In this document: positions 18,113-27,394 of the stretch, one piece after another
Layout: each line of letters begins with the position of its first letter
How positions within the stretch are numbered: position 1 is the first letter of the stretch
Virus record (IMG/VR): IMGVR_UViG_2061766007_000513
Length of the DNA: 38,086 bases
From: an uncultured virus (IMG/VR IMGVR_UViG_2061766007_000513)
Taxonomy: Duplodnaviria > Heunggongvirae > Uroviricota > Caudoviricetes
Direction: 5' to 3' (one strand)
Notes under the pieces: generated by a model
The model's input: the letters and a program-made list of their open reading frames with translations, nothing else
Told to the model about the DNA's origin: nothing
Database searches by the model: none
Position numbers and translations under genes: made by a program

Positions 18113-18154
18113 GTTGACCTCTTTTACCCACCATCCCACCACTATCACGGAGGT

Positions 18155-18919
18155 TTAAGCCGGGTTCTCGACAACAGGCTTAACCTCTGCGTCCTCAAAA
18201 GGAAAATCAACACTGTTTGCGTCATTGGCTACCTCGGCATCCCTAATATCAACAGGATCGGTAGCTATATCTGTGTCAGCCTCAAATATCTGTTTCTGTT
18301 CGGGATTCTCAAAGTCAATCTCGATACGCTTACAAAGTCTGCGGATAACTGATTTTTTCTGCATTTCGCCGGAAAAGTCTTTCCATGCACCCGCATTACC
18401 CATCTTTGATTTCTTCCTGACCGCTTCAAGTTCTTCCATGTTCATTGTTTCAACCTGAATGTCCCCGTCCTCAAACTCAACTACAGCAAACGCACCAACT
18501 ACAGGCTTGTTGTTAAATGCCTTCGGCTTGAATGTTACATAACGCTTATTAGCGTCTATCCCGGTTTCAAACACATCATCTTCTCTTACAAGTTCCGCAT
18601 AGATGTTTTTGACTTTATGGATTGCATATTTCTTTATGAGTTTCTGAGCCCCGATATATGAAGTCTGATACTGTAAGTCTGAACCGTAGCCGACAAGATA
18701 AGCCTCTTTGTTAAAGAAATCCAGACCTAACATAGCTCCCCTCATAAGACCTGCCATGATCTTAGNNNNNNNNNNTTCATTTAACAGGGACAAAGCATTT
18801 TGTACGAACCTTGCCTTGTTAAAATCCTTCGGTAAAGCGTCCTGAATAGCGTCCAACTTATCAGTGATAACCACACTAAAATTCTTTTTTTCATCATTCT
18901 TTACGATTGCTTCTGACAT
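18155..18919 (-). CDS. recT: RecT family single-strand annealing protein
   Basis: GA.LGL....EAYLV.YG...Q.SY.G...V.E.D.F...W.....EM.KK.V.RRL.K. Confidence 0.88.
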   Translation of the reverse strand: MSEAIVKNDEKKNFSVVITDKLDAIQDALPKDFNKARFVQNALSLLNEXXXXKIMAGLMRGAMLGLDFFNKEAYLVGYGSDLQYQTSYIGAQKLIKKYAIHKVKNIYAELVREDDVFETGIDANKRYVTFKPKAFNNKPVVGAFAVVEFEDGDIQVETMNMEELEAVRKKSKMGNAGAWKDFSGEMQKKSVIRRLCKRIEIDFENPEQKQIFEADTDIATDPVDIRDAEVANDANSVDFPFEDAEVKPVVENPA

Positions 18920-18921
18920 GA

Positions 18922-21003
18922 TTAACCCTCCTTTACAAATAATTCTTTATTATCAGCCACTTTCAGATAAATCATCTGACAGGGCATAACGATCTGTGAC
19001 TTTGTGTTATCATCAAGCATTTCACTTGAATCCAGAAATACGGGATAATGCTCACTAAAGAAATTCTGTAAACCGCTGACTATATCAAGTTTTGCCCTGA
19101 TCTGCATAGCCGTATTAAGTGAAGCCCCTAATTCCTTGCCATCTACAAAGACCTCGCAACATTCCTTGTACTCACCGTTTTTCTGATACTTAAAGAATGA
19201 GAACTTAACTATCTGGAAGTGCTTATTGATACTGTCTGTAAGCAGCTCATTCTTGTGTTTCTGGATAAGTGATAACTGATACAGGATTTTCTCTGAATTA
19301 GCCTTATTCTGTTCAAATTCCATCTGTGAAGCCCTTAAATCGGCAATGCTATCATCTATCCTTGCGTTATCACCTGCCTTAGATAACTGAATCTCACAAT
19401 TCCTTAATTCATCATGGAGATTAAGTTCCTCGGCTTTTAACAATGTCATGTTTTTAAGTCCGGCTTTCTTGCTTTCCATAAGGGCATTGTTAGCAGCGAT
19501 CTCAGATTCTAACCTGTCCTTATCAACCTGATATGTCTGCGTTTCTTCCATAGCCCCGTCAAACGCATTTAAAGGCTTATTTAAGGCGGTTTCTATATCA
19601 GCCTTATCATTCATAGCCTTTTGAATATTTTTGACTTTTTCGGTTCTTTCCGTGCGTTTAATGGCTAACATAGACATAAACTCTGTAATCTCTTTATGCA
19701 GGTCAGCTATCCTTCTCAACTTGTCAGCCTCAAAATCATTTTTCATTTCTTCGATTTTGTCTGATTCATAAACCCTATGACATACAGGACATACAGCAGT
19801 AGTTTCATCAAAAACCTCTGCTTCGATTTTTGAAATCGCATCCTGACCCTGTTTAATAGATGTTTCAAGCCTTGTAATCGAATTGCCATGTATATCTACC
19901 TCGTTATTCCACCGGGAAATGTCACGCTCAATCTGTGATAACTGTTCCTGTAACCCCTTGCGTTCTGAATATATCTTTTCCTCTAAGGCTTTTTTCTCAG
20001 CTTTCTCTTTCTGAACGATCCCGGAAAGTTCCATTTGTAAAGCCAAATCCCTATTACGGAGTTCATTAAGTTCACGTTCTGTCTGTTCACAAGTAGTCTG
20101 TTCGGTCTGATTATTCGCAAGTTTTTCTTTAATCATGTTCTTTTGCAGCTCTAACGCTGAAAAGTCTATATCAACCTTACTTAACTCCAGACCCTCTATC
20201 TTAGCCCGTAACAGTTCCCCGTCCTTGCCGTAAACCTCTCTAATTTTTCTAAGGTTAGCGTTCTGCATGGATGCTACTTCATCAAAGGTATAGTCTTTAA
20301 GTAACAATGTAGCCTCGGCACATCCGTCCATCTGTAAAGCAACCTCGTAATCGGTAATGTCACTAACCATGCCGAAAAGAACTTTTCGCATTTCATCTTT
20401 CTTGCCGGACAGGAACATATCAGGATGTGAAAGTGTTAAAAATCTATCTGTAATGCCGTACTCGGCTATTTTCTGCTTGAAATCCCTAAGCCCGTATTCA
20501 ACGGAATTAACAAGGTATGTTGACGAAAAGCTGACCGCATCAGCAACGCCCTCAACTTTAGATTTCTTAACTGTTCTGGTAAGNNNNNNNNNNTTATCTG
20601 TAATGCCGTACTCGGCTATTTTCTGCTTGAAATCCCTAAGTCCGTATTCAACGGAATTAACAAGGTATGTTGACGAAAAGCTAACCGCATCAGCAACGCC
20701 CTCAACTTTAGATTTCTTAACTGTTCTGGTAAGCCTTCTTTCAAGTGTTATGTGCTTGCCATCTACTACAGCCAACACCTCAACAGAAGGTGTGGCTTCT
20801 TCCATATCTAATGGGAATACCGCCGGATTTGACGCTAAAGATTCTGAACAATCAGCCATTAACCAATACCATCCGCAAGCTATGGATGATTTTCCTGAAC
20901 CATTTGCCCCGCTGATCGTTACGTTAGAATTGTTGAGCAAAAGGTTTTCATGCTTTAAGCCTTTGAAATTATGGAGAATAATTCTCTCAATCGTAAGATT
21001 CAT
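18922..21003 (-). CDS. Rad50/SbcC-like coiled-coil ATPase (internal duplication across a gap is likely an artefact)
   Basis: Walker A GANGSGKS, coiled coil, CPVC zinc hook, LNTA signature, Walker B VFLD. Confidence 0.88.
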   Translation of the reverse strand: MNLTIERIILHNFKGLKHENLLLNNSNVTISGANGSGKSSIACGWYWLMADCSESLASNPAVFPLDMEEATPSVEVLAVVDGKHITLERRLTRTVKKSKVEGVADAVSFSSTYLVNSVEYGLRDFKQKIAEYGITDXXXXLTRTVKKSKVEGVADAVSFSSTYLVNSVEYGLRDFKQKIAEYGITDRFLTLSHPDMFLSGKKDEMRKVLFGMVSDITDYEVALQMDGCAEATLLLKDYTFDEVASMQNANLRKIREVYGKDGELLRAKIEGLELSKVDIDFSALELQKNMIKEKLANNQTEQTTCEQTERELNELRNRDLALQMELSGIVQKEKAEKKALEEKIYSERKGLQEQLSQIERDISRWNNEVDIHGNSITRLETSIKQGQDAISKIEAEVFDETTAVCPVCHRVYESDKIEEMKNDFEADKLRRIADLHKEITEFMSMLAIKRTERTEKVKNIQKAMNDKADIETALNKPLNAFDGAMEETQTYQVDKDRLESEIAANNALMESKKAGLKNMTLLKAEELNLHDELRNCEIQLSKAGDNARIDDSIADLRASQMEFEQNKANSEKILYQLSLIQKHKNELLTDSINKHFQIVKFSFFKYQKNGEYKECCEVFVDGKELGASLNTAMQIRAKLDIVSGLQNFFSEHYPVFLDSSEMLDDNTKSQIVMPCQMIYLKVADNKELFVKEG

Positions 21004-21020
21004 AAACTANNNNNNNNNNC

Positions 21021-21183
21021 CATAATAATCGGTATCGTGCTTATGTTATCAGAAGTGCCTATGAGCAAAGGCTTGTTAGATCAGGCATGGTTGACTTGTG
21101 GTGGGTTATTTATTGTACTGCTGTCAATAGGTTGGGAATGGCTGATTAACAAAGAAGAAGGATTTATCCATGAAACAAGGTAG
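21021..21183 (+). CDS. 3' part of a small membrane protein in a misoriented scaffold block
   Basis: Two hydrophobic segments; block bounded by N gaps. Confidence 0.5.
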
Positions 21184-21346
21184 ACGTTTATATCGGAATG
21201 AGAAAGAAATCCTGCGAAAGCAACACTTAAATCCAGAGGAATACAGTTTCCTTGGTGATTGCCTTGATACGGACGGAAAGCCCGGTAGTTATTTCAAAAT
21301 CCAAAGCAAGAAAACAGGCAATATCAAGATCATTAGTAAATTTTAA
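21170..21346 (+). CDS. 58-aa phage protein (DUF6906-like) in a misoriented block
   Basis: MKQGRRL.R.EK..L....LNP..Y...I..KKTG..KII. Confidence 0.6.
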   Translation: MKQGRRLYRNEKEILRKQHLNPEEYSFLGDCLDTDGKPGSYFKIQSKKTGNIKIISKF

Positions 21347-21361
21347 GGGAAGGGGTAGTTT

Positions 21362-21512
21362 ATGAATCTTACGATTGAGAGAATTATTCTCCATAATTTC
21401 AAAGGTTTAAAGCATGAAAACCTTTTGCTCAACAATTCTAACGTAACAATCAGCGGGGCAAACGGTTCAGGTAAATCATCCATAGAGTGTGGTTGGTTTT
21501 GGTTAATGGCTG
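21362..21512 (+). repeat. inverted variant copy of the ATPase 5' end (20853-21003)
   Basis: Near-identical with a few SNPs (ACGWYW versus ECGWFW); ends at a gap. Confidence 0.85.
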
Positions 21513-21522
21513 NNNNNNNNNN

Positions 21523-22001
21523 TGCCCTCTACCCAAATTAGGTTGTTGGCTTTGAAACAAAACGTTTTTTGGCATATCAGGTACTCCGTTTTCCCAAACA
21601 TCCCGTGCCATTTCATAACATTCTTCTGGTAATTCCTTTGTGTAGAAATACTTTGTGGTTGCATACTGACCACGCTGATACAGGATTTCTTTGACCGTGT
21701 TCGGGAACTGTTTACTTTCAACCCTGTTCTTTACAACGCCCATAGTCCACAAGGCTGTCAGTTTGTCTTTGTCGGTATGCCAATTTTCCCAATACGCAAC
21801 CTCAGCTAAAAGGTTAATGCTTTCATGCTTAAACTCAACATAAGCAATCATCTTATCCATGAGGATTCTATGGGTTTTAGCCATTTCCGAGATTCTTGCT
21901 TGAAAATCAATCTCTTGCACATCATCAACTTTTGCCTGTACCTTTGCGTTACCTAACAACACTAAAAACAATAGTGCTGTTAAAATAGTTCTCTTAAACA
22001 T
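21523..22001 (-). CDS. SleB/CwlJ-family cell wall hydrolase with signal peptide, 3'-truncated by a gap
   Basis: LLAEVAYWE...VV.NRV.S..FPNTV.EI.YQ.GQY; hydrophobic N-terminus. Confidence 0.82.
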
Positions 22002-22041
22002 TGTTTCCTTCCTGTTGTCTTTTTTGTTGTGTATGTTGCCT

Positions 22042-22254
22042 TTAGTCAACTAACGGAGTAAAAAAAATAAGCACGATTCTTTCAGGGGTCAGACTATATC
22101 TCTGCATAATAAAAGCAATCTCACTCTGGGTAAAGTCTGCATGACCATTTAACTTCTCTGAAAAAGATGTTTTTGATCTATTCAGGGCTTTTGCCAAAGT
22201 TTGATTGCTGTCCCCGTATCGTGCCATTTCTGCTCGAAGCTCGTTCTTATTCAT
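22042..22254 (-). CDS. Cro-like XRE helix-turn-helix regulator
   Basis: L.AEM...G.....LAK.L..S...FS.KLNG..DFT..EI; AGGAGG RBS; divergent from cI. Confidence 0.82.
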   Translation of the reverse strand: MNKNELRAEMARYGDSNQTLAKALNRSKTSFSEKLNGHADFTQSEIAFIMQRYSLTPERIVLIFFTPLVD

Positions 22255-22303
22255 AGCAATCCTCCTTCCTTGTTGCTTGTTTTGCTTTTGTGTTGCTAAA
22301 AGT

Positions 22304-22332
22304 AGATTACCACAACATTTTGTTTCTGTCAA
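22304..22332 (-). promoter_or_regulatory. lytic (cro) promoter
   Basis: TTGACA-17 nt-TAATCT with extended TG. Confidence 0.7.
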
Positions 22333-22371
22333 GCAACTTTTTAAAAAAAATTTACTTTTTTACCATGTGCG

Positions 22372-22401
22372 TTGACAAAAGTACCATTTTGGTGTTAAGA
22401 T
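22372..22401 (+). promoter_or_regulatory. repressor promoter
   Basis: TTGACA-18 nt-TAAGAT with extended TG. Confidence 0.65.
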
Positions 22402-22447
22402 TATCAGCAGTAAAGCCGATATATGCCATACAAGGAGGAATGTAAAA

Positions 22448-22828
22448 ATGAGTACAATGGCACAAAGAATCAAAGAAAAAAGATTAGAATATCACTTGAC
22501 AATGGAAGAATTAGGTGAAAAGATAGGTGTTAATAAATCAAGTATTTCTAAATGGGAGCGTGGCAATACAGGAAATATTAAAAGAAGTTATATTGCTAAA
22601 ATGGCTAAGATTTTTCATTGTAGTCCTGTATGGTTGATGGCTTTGGAAGGAATTGATAATGTCAGCCTTACCTATGAAGCTAACGGGAAAGAACCTGTAA
22701 AACTAATGGTAGACCATGAACCTATTGTTGGTCAGACAAGCAAGATTGTAGAAATATATAATCTGGTTTTAGAGATCAAACCCGAAAATTACGATATAGC
22801 TATTAAATTACTTAAAACTTTAGTATAA
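22448..22828 (+). CDS. CI-like XRE repressor; no peptidase S24 domain seen
   Basis: RIKE.R....LT.EELG..IGV.KS.ISKWE.G. Confidence 0.85.
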   Translation: MSTMAQRIKEKRLEYHLTMEELGEKIGVNKSSISKWERGNTGNIKRSYIAKMAKIFHCSPVWLMALEGIDNVSLTYEANGKEPVKLMVDHEPIVGQTSKIVEIYNLVLEIKPENYDIAIKLLKTLV

Positions 22829-22841
22829 GGGGGTATAAATC

Positions 22842-23090
22842 ATGGCAAAACTATTAAAGGTATTAGGGATCATAACATTAGTATTAGGAATAATCGGAAG
22901 TATAGTATTAGCCATCCATTTTGGAACGGCTGAAAAGATAGTAGCTACATACAATAGTGTAAGCAGTAAGACCAAATTTGACATGGGAACGTTTTTAGGC
23001 ATCCTGTTAGGCGGACTTCTATCAACAACTGTTTTATCTTGTCTATTGTTTGGAGAAAGTAAAATACTTGAATCCTTACAAAAAAAATAA
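22842..23090 (+). CDS. two-TM membrane protein, likely co-transcribed with the repressor (possible exclusion factor)
   Basis: Two hydrophobic helices; AAGGGGGT RBS. Confidence 0.65.
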   Translation: MAKLLKVLGIITLVLGIIGSIVLAIHFGTAEKIVATYNSVSSKTKFDMGTFLGILLGGLLSTTVLSCLLFGESKILESLQKK

Positions 23091-23129
23091 GAATAAGGGC
23101 ATACCCCAAAAGGTAAGCCCTCTTTTTTT
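23091..23129. terminator. terminator between convergent genes
   Basis: AGGGC...GCCCT stem with an A-rich 5' side and a T run 3'. Confidence 0.5.
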
Positions 23130-23445
23130 AACGATAGTTTGTATATCTACCCATGCTATCACGATAATAGCGTTTTCCCGAATAACCCATATTAGGGTTC
23201 ATGTAGTTAGGATCGTTGTAATTCCATCCACCCTCTCTTGAATATCCATCTTTAGAATATCCGTCCGGGTAATCTTCCATAGCGATAACTGTAGTTACGG
23301 ATTTAAGTATTCTTGTCAGACTTTCCAGATACTTTGCGTCCTCGGCTGACAATCTTTCGCTTTCCTTCTCTAATTTCCTGTTGGAATCCATTATCGAATC
23401 CATCACTTTGTCGCATAACTTGTGGAGTTCCTCTATGTTCTTCAT
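23128..23445 (-). CDS. conserved phage hypothetical protein (helical N-terminus, Tyr/Gly/Arg tail RDSMGRY)
   Basis: RBS and operon context. Confidence 0.7.
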   Translation of the reverse strand: MKNIEELHKLCDKVMDSIMDSNRKLEKESERLSAEDAKYLESLTRILKSVTTVIAMEDYPDGYSKDGYSREGGWNYNDPNYMNPNMGYSGKRYYRDSMGRYTNYR

Positions 23446-23458
23446 AGTAAGCCCCCCT

Positions 23459-24232
23459 TCAAGTAGTAGCAGGTGTTACAGGATTAGCTACTGTGTAAGC
23501 GGGAATAGGATAAGGAGCTACCCTATTAACGATATACTGTGTCTGTGCTGTGTTATCAGCTATAAGAGCAGCGGTCTGTGTAGCCTGTGAAGCTGCAAGT
23601 GCCTGCATATTGACCTGATTCTGTAAAGCAAGGTTCTGGGCTTTAAGAGCATCAATCTCCTGCTGACACATCTTATCAAGTATCTGCTGTGTCTGGTTCT
23701 GGATAGCAAGCCTTGTAGCAGCACCCTCAGCCTGAACAATGTTCTGAGTGGCAACCCCTAACATCTTGTTATCACAACAGCATTGTGAAAGCTGACTTGC
23801 GATAGAATTAAATCCCTGATTCATAGCCGTCTGATTAGCAAAAGCCTGATTCATATTTGCCATCTGTCTGCCTGTAGCCGCTGTTTCAGCATTAGCAAAA
23901 CCATTAGTTATTGTTGCATTAACTCCGGCAAAACCGCCACAAAGACTATTCTGCACATCACCAAAGCCACTTGTTACACCACTCTGAATACCGCTTACGG
24001 AACTATTAAGCATCTGATCTCTAAATCCGTCATTGATGTTCTGTGAGTTGTTCAGCCACGGGAAAGCGTCATTAGCGAAACCGCCACCGCCAAAACCGTT
24101 ACCAAAACCGCCACAAGCGAAAAGCAGAAGTAACAATATCATCCATCCGTCAGCTCCGCCGAACCCGCCAAAGCCACCGCTTGTAGGCATTACGGGCATT
24201 GTTGTTACTACACCACTGTTTTCAAGTGCCAT
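23459..24232 (-). CDS. conserved Gly/Asn/Gln-rich protein with one hydrophobic segment and a QCCCD motif
   Basis: AAGGAGG RBS; biased codon usage. Confidence 0.8.
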   Translation of the reverse strand: MALENSGVVTTMPVMPTSGGFGGFGGADGWMILLLLLFACGGFGNGFGGGGFANDAFPWLNNSQNINDGFRDQMLNSSVSGIQSGVTSGFGDVQNSLCGGFAGVNATITNGFANAETAATGRQMANMNQAFANQTAMNQGFNSIASQLSQCCCDNKMLGVATQNIVQAEGAATRLAIQNQTQQILDKMCQQEIDALKAQNLALQNQVNMQALAASQATQTAALIADNTAQTQYIVNRVAPYPIPAYTVANPVTPATT

Positions 24233-24312
24233 AATAAAAATCCTCCTTTAAACTTTTGTAAGGTTAGGAATTGCCACTATTGGCAACCCGTATATAAAGT
24301 GCGTACGCCACT

Positions 24313-24516
24313 TTATCTCTTGAACATATTAGCCATTTGGCTTATTTGGTTAATCTGGTCTTGTGATACCTGATTAGTATTTACTAAATGCTGTAATATC
24401 TCATTCGGGTCATTAATACCCTCTGGAATACTAAACCGCCGGGATAACATCTGCATAGGGTTACTTTTGAATTGCTGAAACATTTTCATCATATTCATCA
24501 TGCCATTCATAATCAA
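24313..24516 (-). CDS. Met/Gln/Asn-rich small protein
   Basis: FQQFK.NP...DP..ILQ.L...QVSQ.Q.NQ. Confidence 0.7.
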   Translation of the reverse strand: MIMNGMMNMMKMFQQFKSNPMQMLSRRFSIPEGINDPNEILQHLVNTNQVSQDQINQISQMANMFKR

Positions 24517-24902
24517 TCCTCCACGAAAAAGTAATAAATCGGGACATAATCGCCACTATCAAACGTGTCATAATAATCTCCGTCAATTACAGCTACAACG
24601 TGAGTGCCTGTAGCGGCTATATACACCCCTTTAGGATGGTCAGTGGTAAATTGCCTTACCGTATAACATAAAGGGCAATTATCGGGCAAATTATGACGTT
24701 CTATGCCTATTCCGTTTAAATACTTTCCCCATACCGAATTAGCGTTCATAATATCCTTGTCAAAATAACTCTGTTTAGCAAGGGCATAATGTATTTCGTC
24801 CCATGACTTACCAAGGGCTAAACTTAATGCCCGGATAACGCAATCATCAACTATTTTGTTTTTAGGGTTAGGATTAGCATAGATATATGCCACATAGTCC
24901 AC
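24513..24902 (-). CDS. putative papain-like Cys-His-Asp enzyme of unknown function
   Basis: NPNP...DCVIRA...THVVAV.DG.YYDTFDSG. Confidence 0.65.
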   Translation of the reverse strand: MDYVAYIYANPNPKNKIVDDCVIRALSLALGKSWDEIHYALAKQSYFDKDIMNANSVWGKYLNGIGIERHNLPDNCPLCYTVRQFTTDHPKGVYIAATGTHVVAVIDGDYYDTFDSGDYVPIYYFFVED

Positions 24903-25011
24903 TCCTTCCTGTTTACTATGGGTAGATTATGGCATAAAAAAAGGACCCTGACTTGCAGGGTTTCTGTCTAAAAACATCATAAAAACTGTTAAAAATTTGC
25001 ATTTTGAACAT

Positions 25012-25045
25012 AAAAAAAGAACCTCACCTATAAAAAGTGAGGTTC
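25012..25045 (-). terminator. intrinsic terminator
   Basis: GAACCTCAC/GTGAGGTTC plus T7. Confidence 0.75.
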
Positions 25046-25070
25046 ATAAGAGAAAATGTTATAAAGTTTG

Positions 25071-25214
25071 TTATTCCTGATCTATAGCTTCACTCGGTAT
25101 GTTTCTTATCCTGTCACCGAGCAACTTAATTGCGTCCGGGTGGTTAATTTCGTCTTTAATGATCCATTCCATAATCGTGTCTAAAACTTTTCGTCTACTC
25201 ACAACATCATCCAT
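25071..25214 (-). CDS. 47-aa hypothetical protein (MDDVVSRRKVL...), monocistronic
   Basis: GGAGG RBS; own promoter and terminator. Confidence 0.65.
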   Translation of the reverse strand: MDDVVSRRKVLDTIMEWIIKDEINHPDAIKLLGDRIRNIPSEAIDQE

Positions 25215-25240
25215 AGGCACTTCCTCCATTGTTTTCGGAC

Positions 25241-25269
25241 ATTATAATATGGAATTGCACCCAAGTCAA
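25241..25269 (-). promoter_or_regulatory. sigma-A promoter
   Basis: TTGACT-17 nt-TATAAT. Confidence 0.75.
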
Positions 25270-25357
25270 ATGAACAATTTATGAATAAACGGTAACGGCA
25301 TGAGAAATTTCATACCGCTACCTCAACCTTTTCCACACATAGGATGGATAGGCAAAT

Positions 25358-26119
25358 TTAAACTAATGGATAGAACTTTATCTCGGCATTGTCGGACGCT
25401 GATACATATTCACATTGCATACCCTTTTCAACCATGATTTCCTTACTCTGGTTATCACGATCCGTATATTTGCTAAGAGTGAAATACGTCTGACCGCTTG
25501 CACCATAAATCCTGACCTCAGCGTGTTCTATACCGGGTGAGTTAAATTCAAGTGTTACATATCCCTTTGTAGGAAATCTGAATTTCTTATCACCGACATA
25601 CTGATTATCAATCTTTATGATCTTGCCGAAATCATTGCTTGTAGTGTCTGGCTTGTTATCCCAACGGTCTATATCTTCCTCGGTTAAGCATGAAGTATAG
25701 AAGGGGAGTTCTGATACATAATGCACACCATCACCCATTTTAGAACGGGGATAATCTACACCTTTTTCAGTTCGGTAATCGGTATAGACATATTCCTGAC
25801 CTTTAACCGAAAGAAAATCAGGCAATCTCGCCCATTCAGCCATAGTATGTAATACACGTTGCTGACAGTTACCGCAACTCGGATATTGCTGTGGATAAGC
25901 CGCTTTCCTAACATTCTGACGTAAGACTTCATCAATCTTACTACGCATACGCCTTTTAATTACCGATACTGTTGAAGCCGATACATTTAATGCAAACGCT
26001 ATAGCTACATCTGTTTCGTCTTTTGCTTTCATTTCAAAACAGGCGGCTTCACTTTCCGTAAACGAACATTGTGACCTAAACAGGTTAAGTTCGTCTAAAG
26101 TAAATGCTGAAATTTTCAT
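25358..26119 (-). CDS. LuxR/sigma4-like HTH fused to tail-fibre-type domains
   Basis: FT..E...F..KAK......IA..LNVS.STV..I.RR; then EW...G..YVY.DY...KMGDGV...ELPF. Confidence 0.7.
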   Translation of the reverse strand: MKISAFTLDELNLFRSQCSFTESEAACFEMKAKDETDVAIAFALNVSASTVSVIKRRMRSKIDEVLRQNVRKAAYPQQYPSCGNCQQRVLHTMAEWARLPDFLSVKGQEYVYTDYRTEKGVDYPRSKMGDGVHYVSELPFYTSCLTEEDIDRWDNKPDTTSNDFGKIIKIDNQYVGDKKFRFPTKGYVTLEFNSPGIEHAEVRIYGASGQTYFTLSKYTDRDNQSKEIMVEKGMQCEYVSASDNAEIKFYPLV

Positions 26120-26256
26120 GCTGCACCCTTCCCCTTCACTTGTTGTCTTTGTGAAATAAAGCGAGGAAAAGCACGGCAAGAACCGCCCATAATACTATAA
26201 TGAGAAAAANNNNNNNNNNTCACTTTTTTCTTTCTTCTTCATATTGTTTATCCTCC

Positions 26257-27291
26257 TTATAAAACTATTCTCATTTCAGGTTGAATATCTTCTCTAATAC
26301 CATTTTCGTCAAAGTATTTTTCAAAGATTTCATCTGAACTTAAATCATTATATACATCTACCATAGCTACAGAACTCCAACCAAAGAATTCTCTAATAAC
26401 ATGATACGGTAAGTTTAGTTTTACAAGTTTTGTATCGACATAGTGTCTAACTGCATGCCAATAGAAGTTTTTCTTAAGTAATTTTGAGAATACTTCTTTC
26501 CACCAATCCATTGTATCTATTGAAATAGGTTCATTTGGATTAGATTGTTTTGGAAATAGCCATTCACTTACTATTCCTTTTTCTTCTCTTTCTTTTAACC
26601 ATAATTGTAAATATGGATCAAAAGAATGTTTGAGAGTATAGCAATAAAGCATTTTACCTTTTGATGTTCTACCTTTTGTTTTTACCTTTTCAGGTGTTTT
26701 GTAAATAGAACCATATAAGACAAAGTCGTCATTAAAATACCAGCTTTTAAATCTAGGTATCTCAGCTTTTCTTCTTCCAGAATTCATAGCCAAACTTAAA
26801 GCACAAGCTTGTTTATATGCTTTATGTTCAACTAAAGTATTAAGTAACCATTCAAGTTCATCATCTTTTAATATCGTTTTCTCTCTAACCGGAGTTACTA
26901 TTGGAGATTCAATCTTTCGTATAATAGAGTGATAACCAGAATATTCTTCTTCCTCATCTAAAATATTTTCAATAAAATTAGACAAAGAAGAAATAGTAGA
27001 TTTAACTCTTCTTAAACGATTAGGACTCCACTCCCAAAAACTTATAGCCCTTAATTGAAATTTCATAAATTCTCTTTTAGTAATTTCAATAAAGAACTTG
27101 TTATTATTCTCTACAACATTCCAACAGAAAAATATGTTTAAATCATTTCTGTATTGAGCTATTGTAGTAGGTGATTTGTCAACTGATATAAGGTATTCCT
27201 CAAATGAATACATCAGTTTCTTGTTTTTGTTATTGATTTGCTGTAAAAGCTCCTCACTACAAATGTTGTTGTACTTTGTTTCTCGTGCCAT
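26257..27291 (-). CDS. second tyrosine recombinase
   Basis: SGRRKAE (R), KTKG (K), HAVRH, FGWSS and C-terminal Y; SAM-like N-terminus; AT-rich. Confidence 0.88.
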   Translation of the reverse strand: MARETKYNNICSEELLQQINNKNKKLMYSFEEYLISVDKSPTTIAQYRNDLNIFFCWNVVENNNKFFIEITKREFMKFQLRAISFWEWSPNRLRRVKSTISSLSNFIENILDEEEEYSGYHSIIRKIESPIVTPVREKTILKDDELEWLLNTLVEHKAYKQACALSLAMNSGRRKAEIPRFKSWYFNDDFVLYGSIYKTPEKVKTKGRTSKGKMLYCYTLKHSFDPYLQLWLKEREEKGIVSEWLFPKQSNPNEPISIDTMDWWKEVFSKLLKKNFYWHAVRHYVDTKLVKLNLPYHVIREFFGWSSVAMVDVYNDLSSDEIFEKYFDENGIREDIQPEMRIVL

Positions 27292-27293
27292 TT

Positions 27294-27364
27294 TTATTCG
27301 TCTCCTTTTAATAAAATATTAGGAGACCATAATTACATACAGTCTCCTAACAGAAAACGAATAA
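27294..27364 (-). promoter_or_regulatory. structured leader with alternative pairings over the recombinase RBS
   Basis: TTAGGAGAC/GTCTCCTAA hairpin; the same GTCTCCT is complementary to the SD AGGAGAC; outer TTATTCGT/ACGAATAA. Confidence 0.55.
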
Positions 27365-27394
27365 TTTTCGCGTCAATGAAATTTTGGTTTTATG

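Noticed and set aside
18113..18155. RBS-sequestering hairpins upstream of HNH genes (also 11095-11115)
   Set aside because: Only about 5 bp of complementarity; too weak to support.
20853..21512. Apparent invertible segment with ~150-bp inverted repeats
   Set aside because: Block 21020-21512 is bounded by 10-N gaps; flipping it gives a continuous minus-strand operon, and the repeat is a SNP variant of the ATPase start, so a misoriented strain contig is the simpler explanation.
26180..26256. Absence of holin/endolysin as a biological feature
   Set aside because: A gene start (MKKKEKS) runs into the gap at 26210, so lysis genes may simply be missing from the scaffold.
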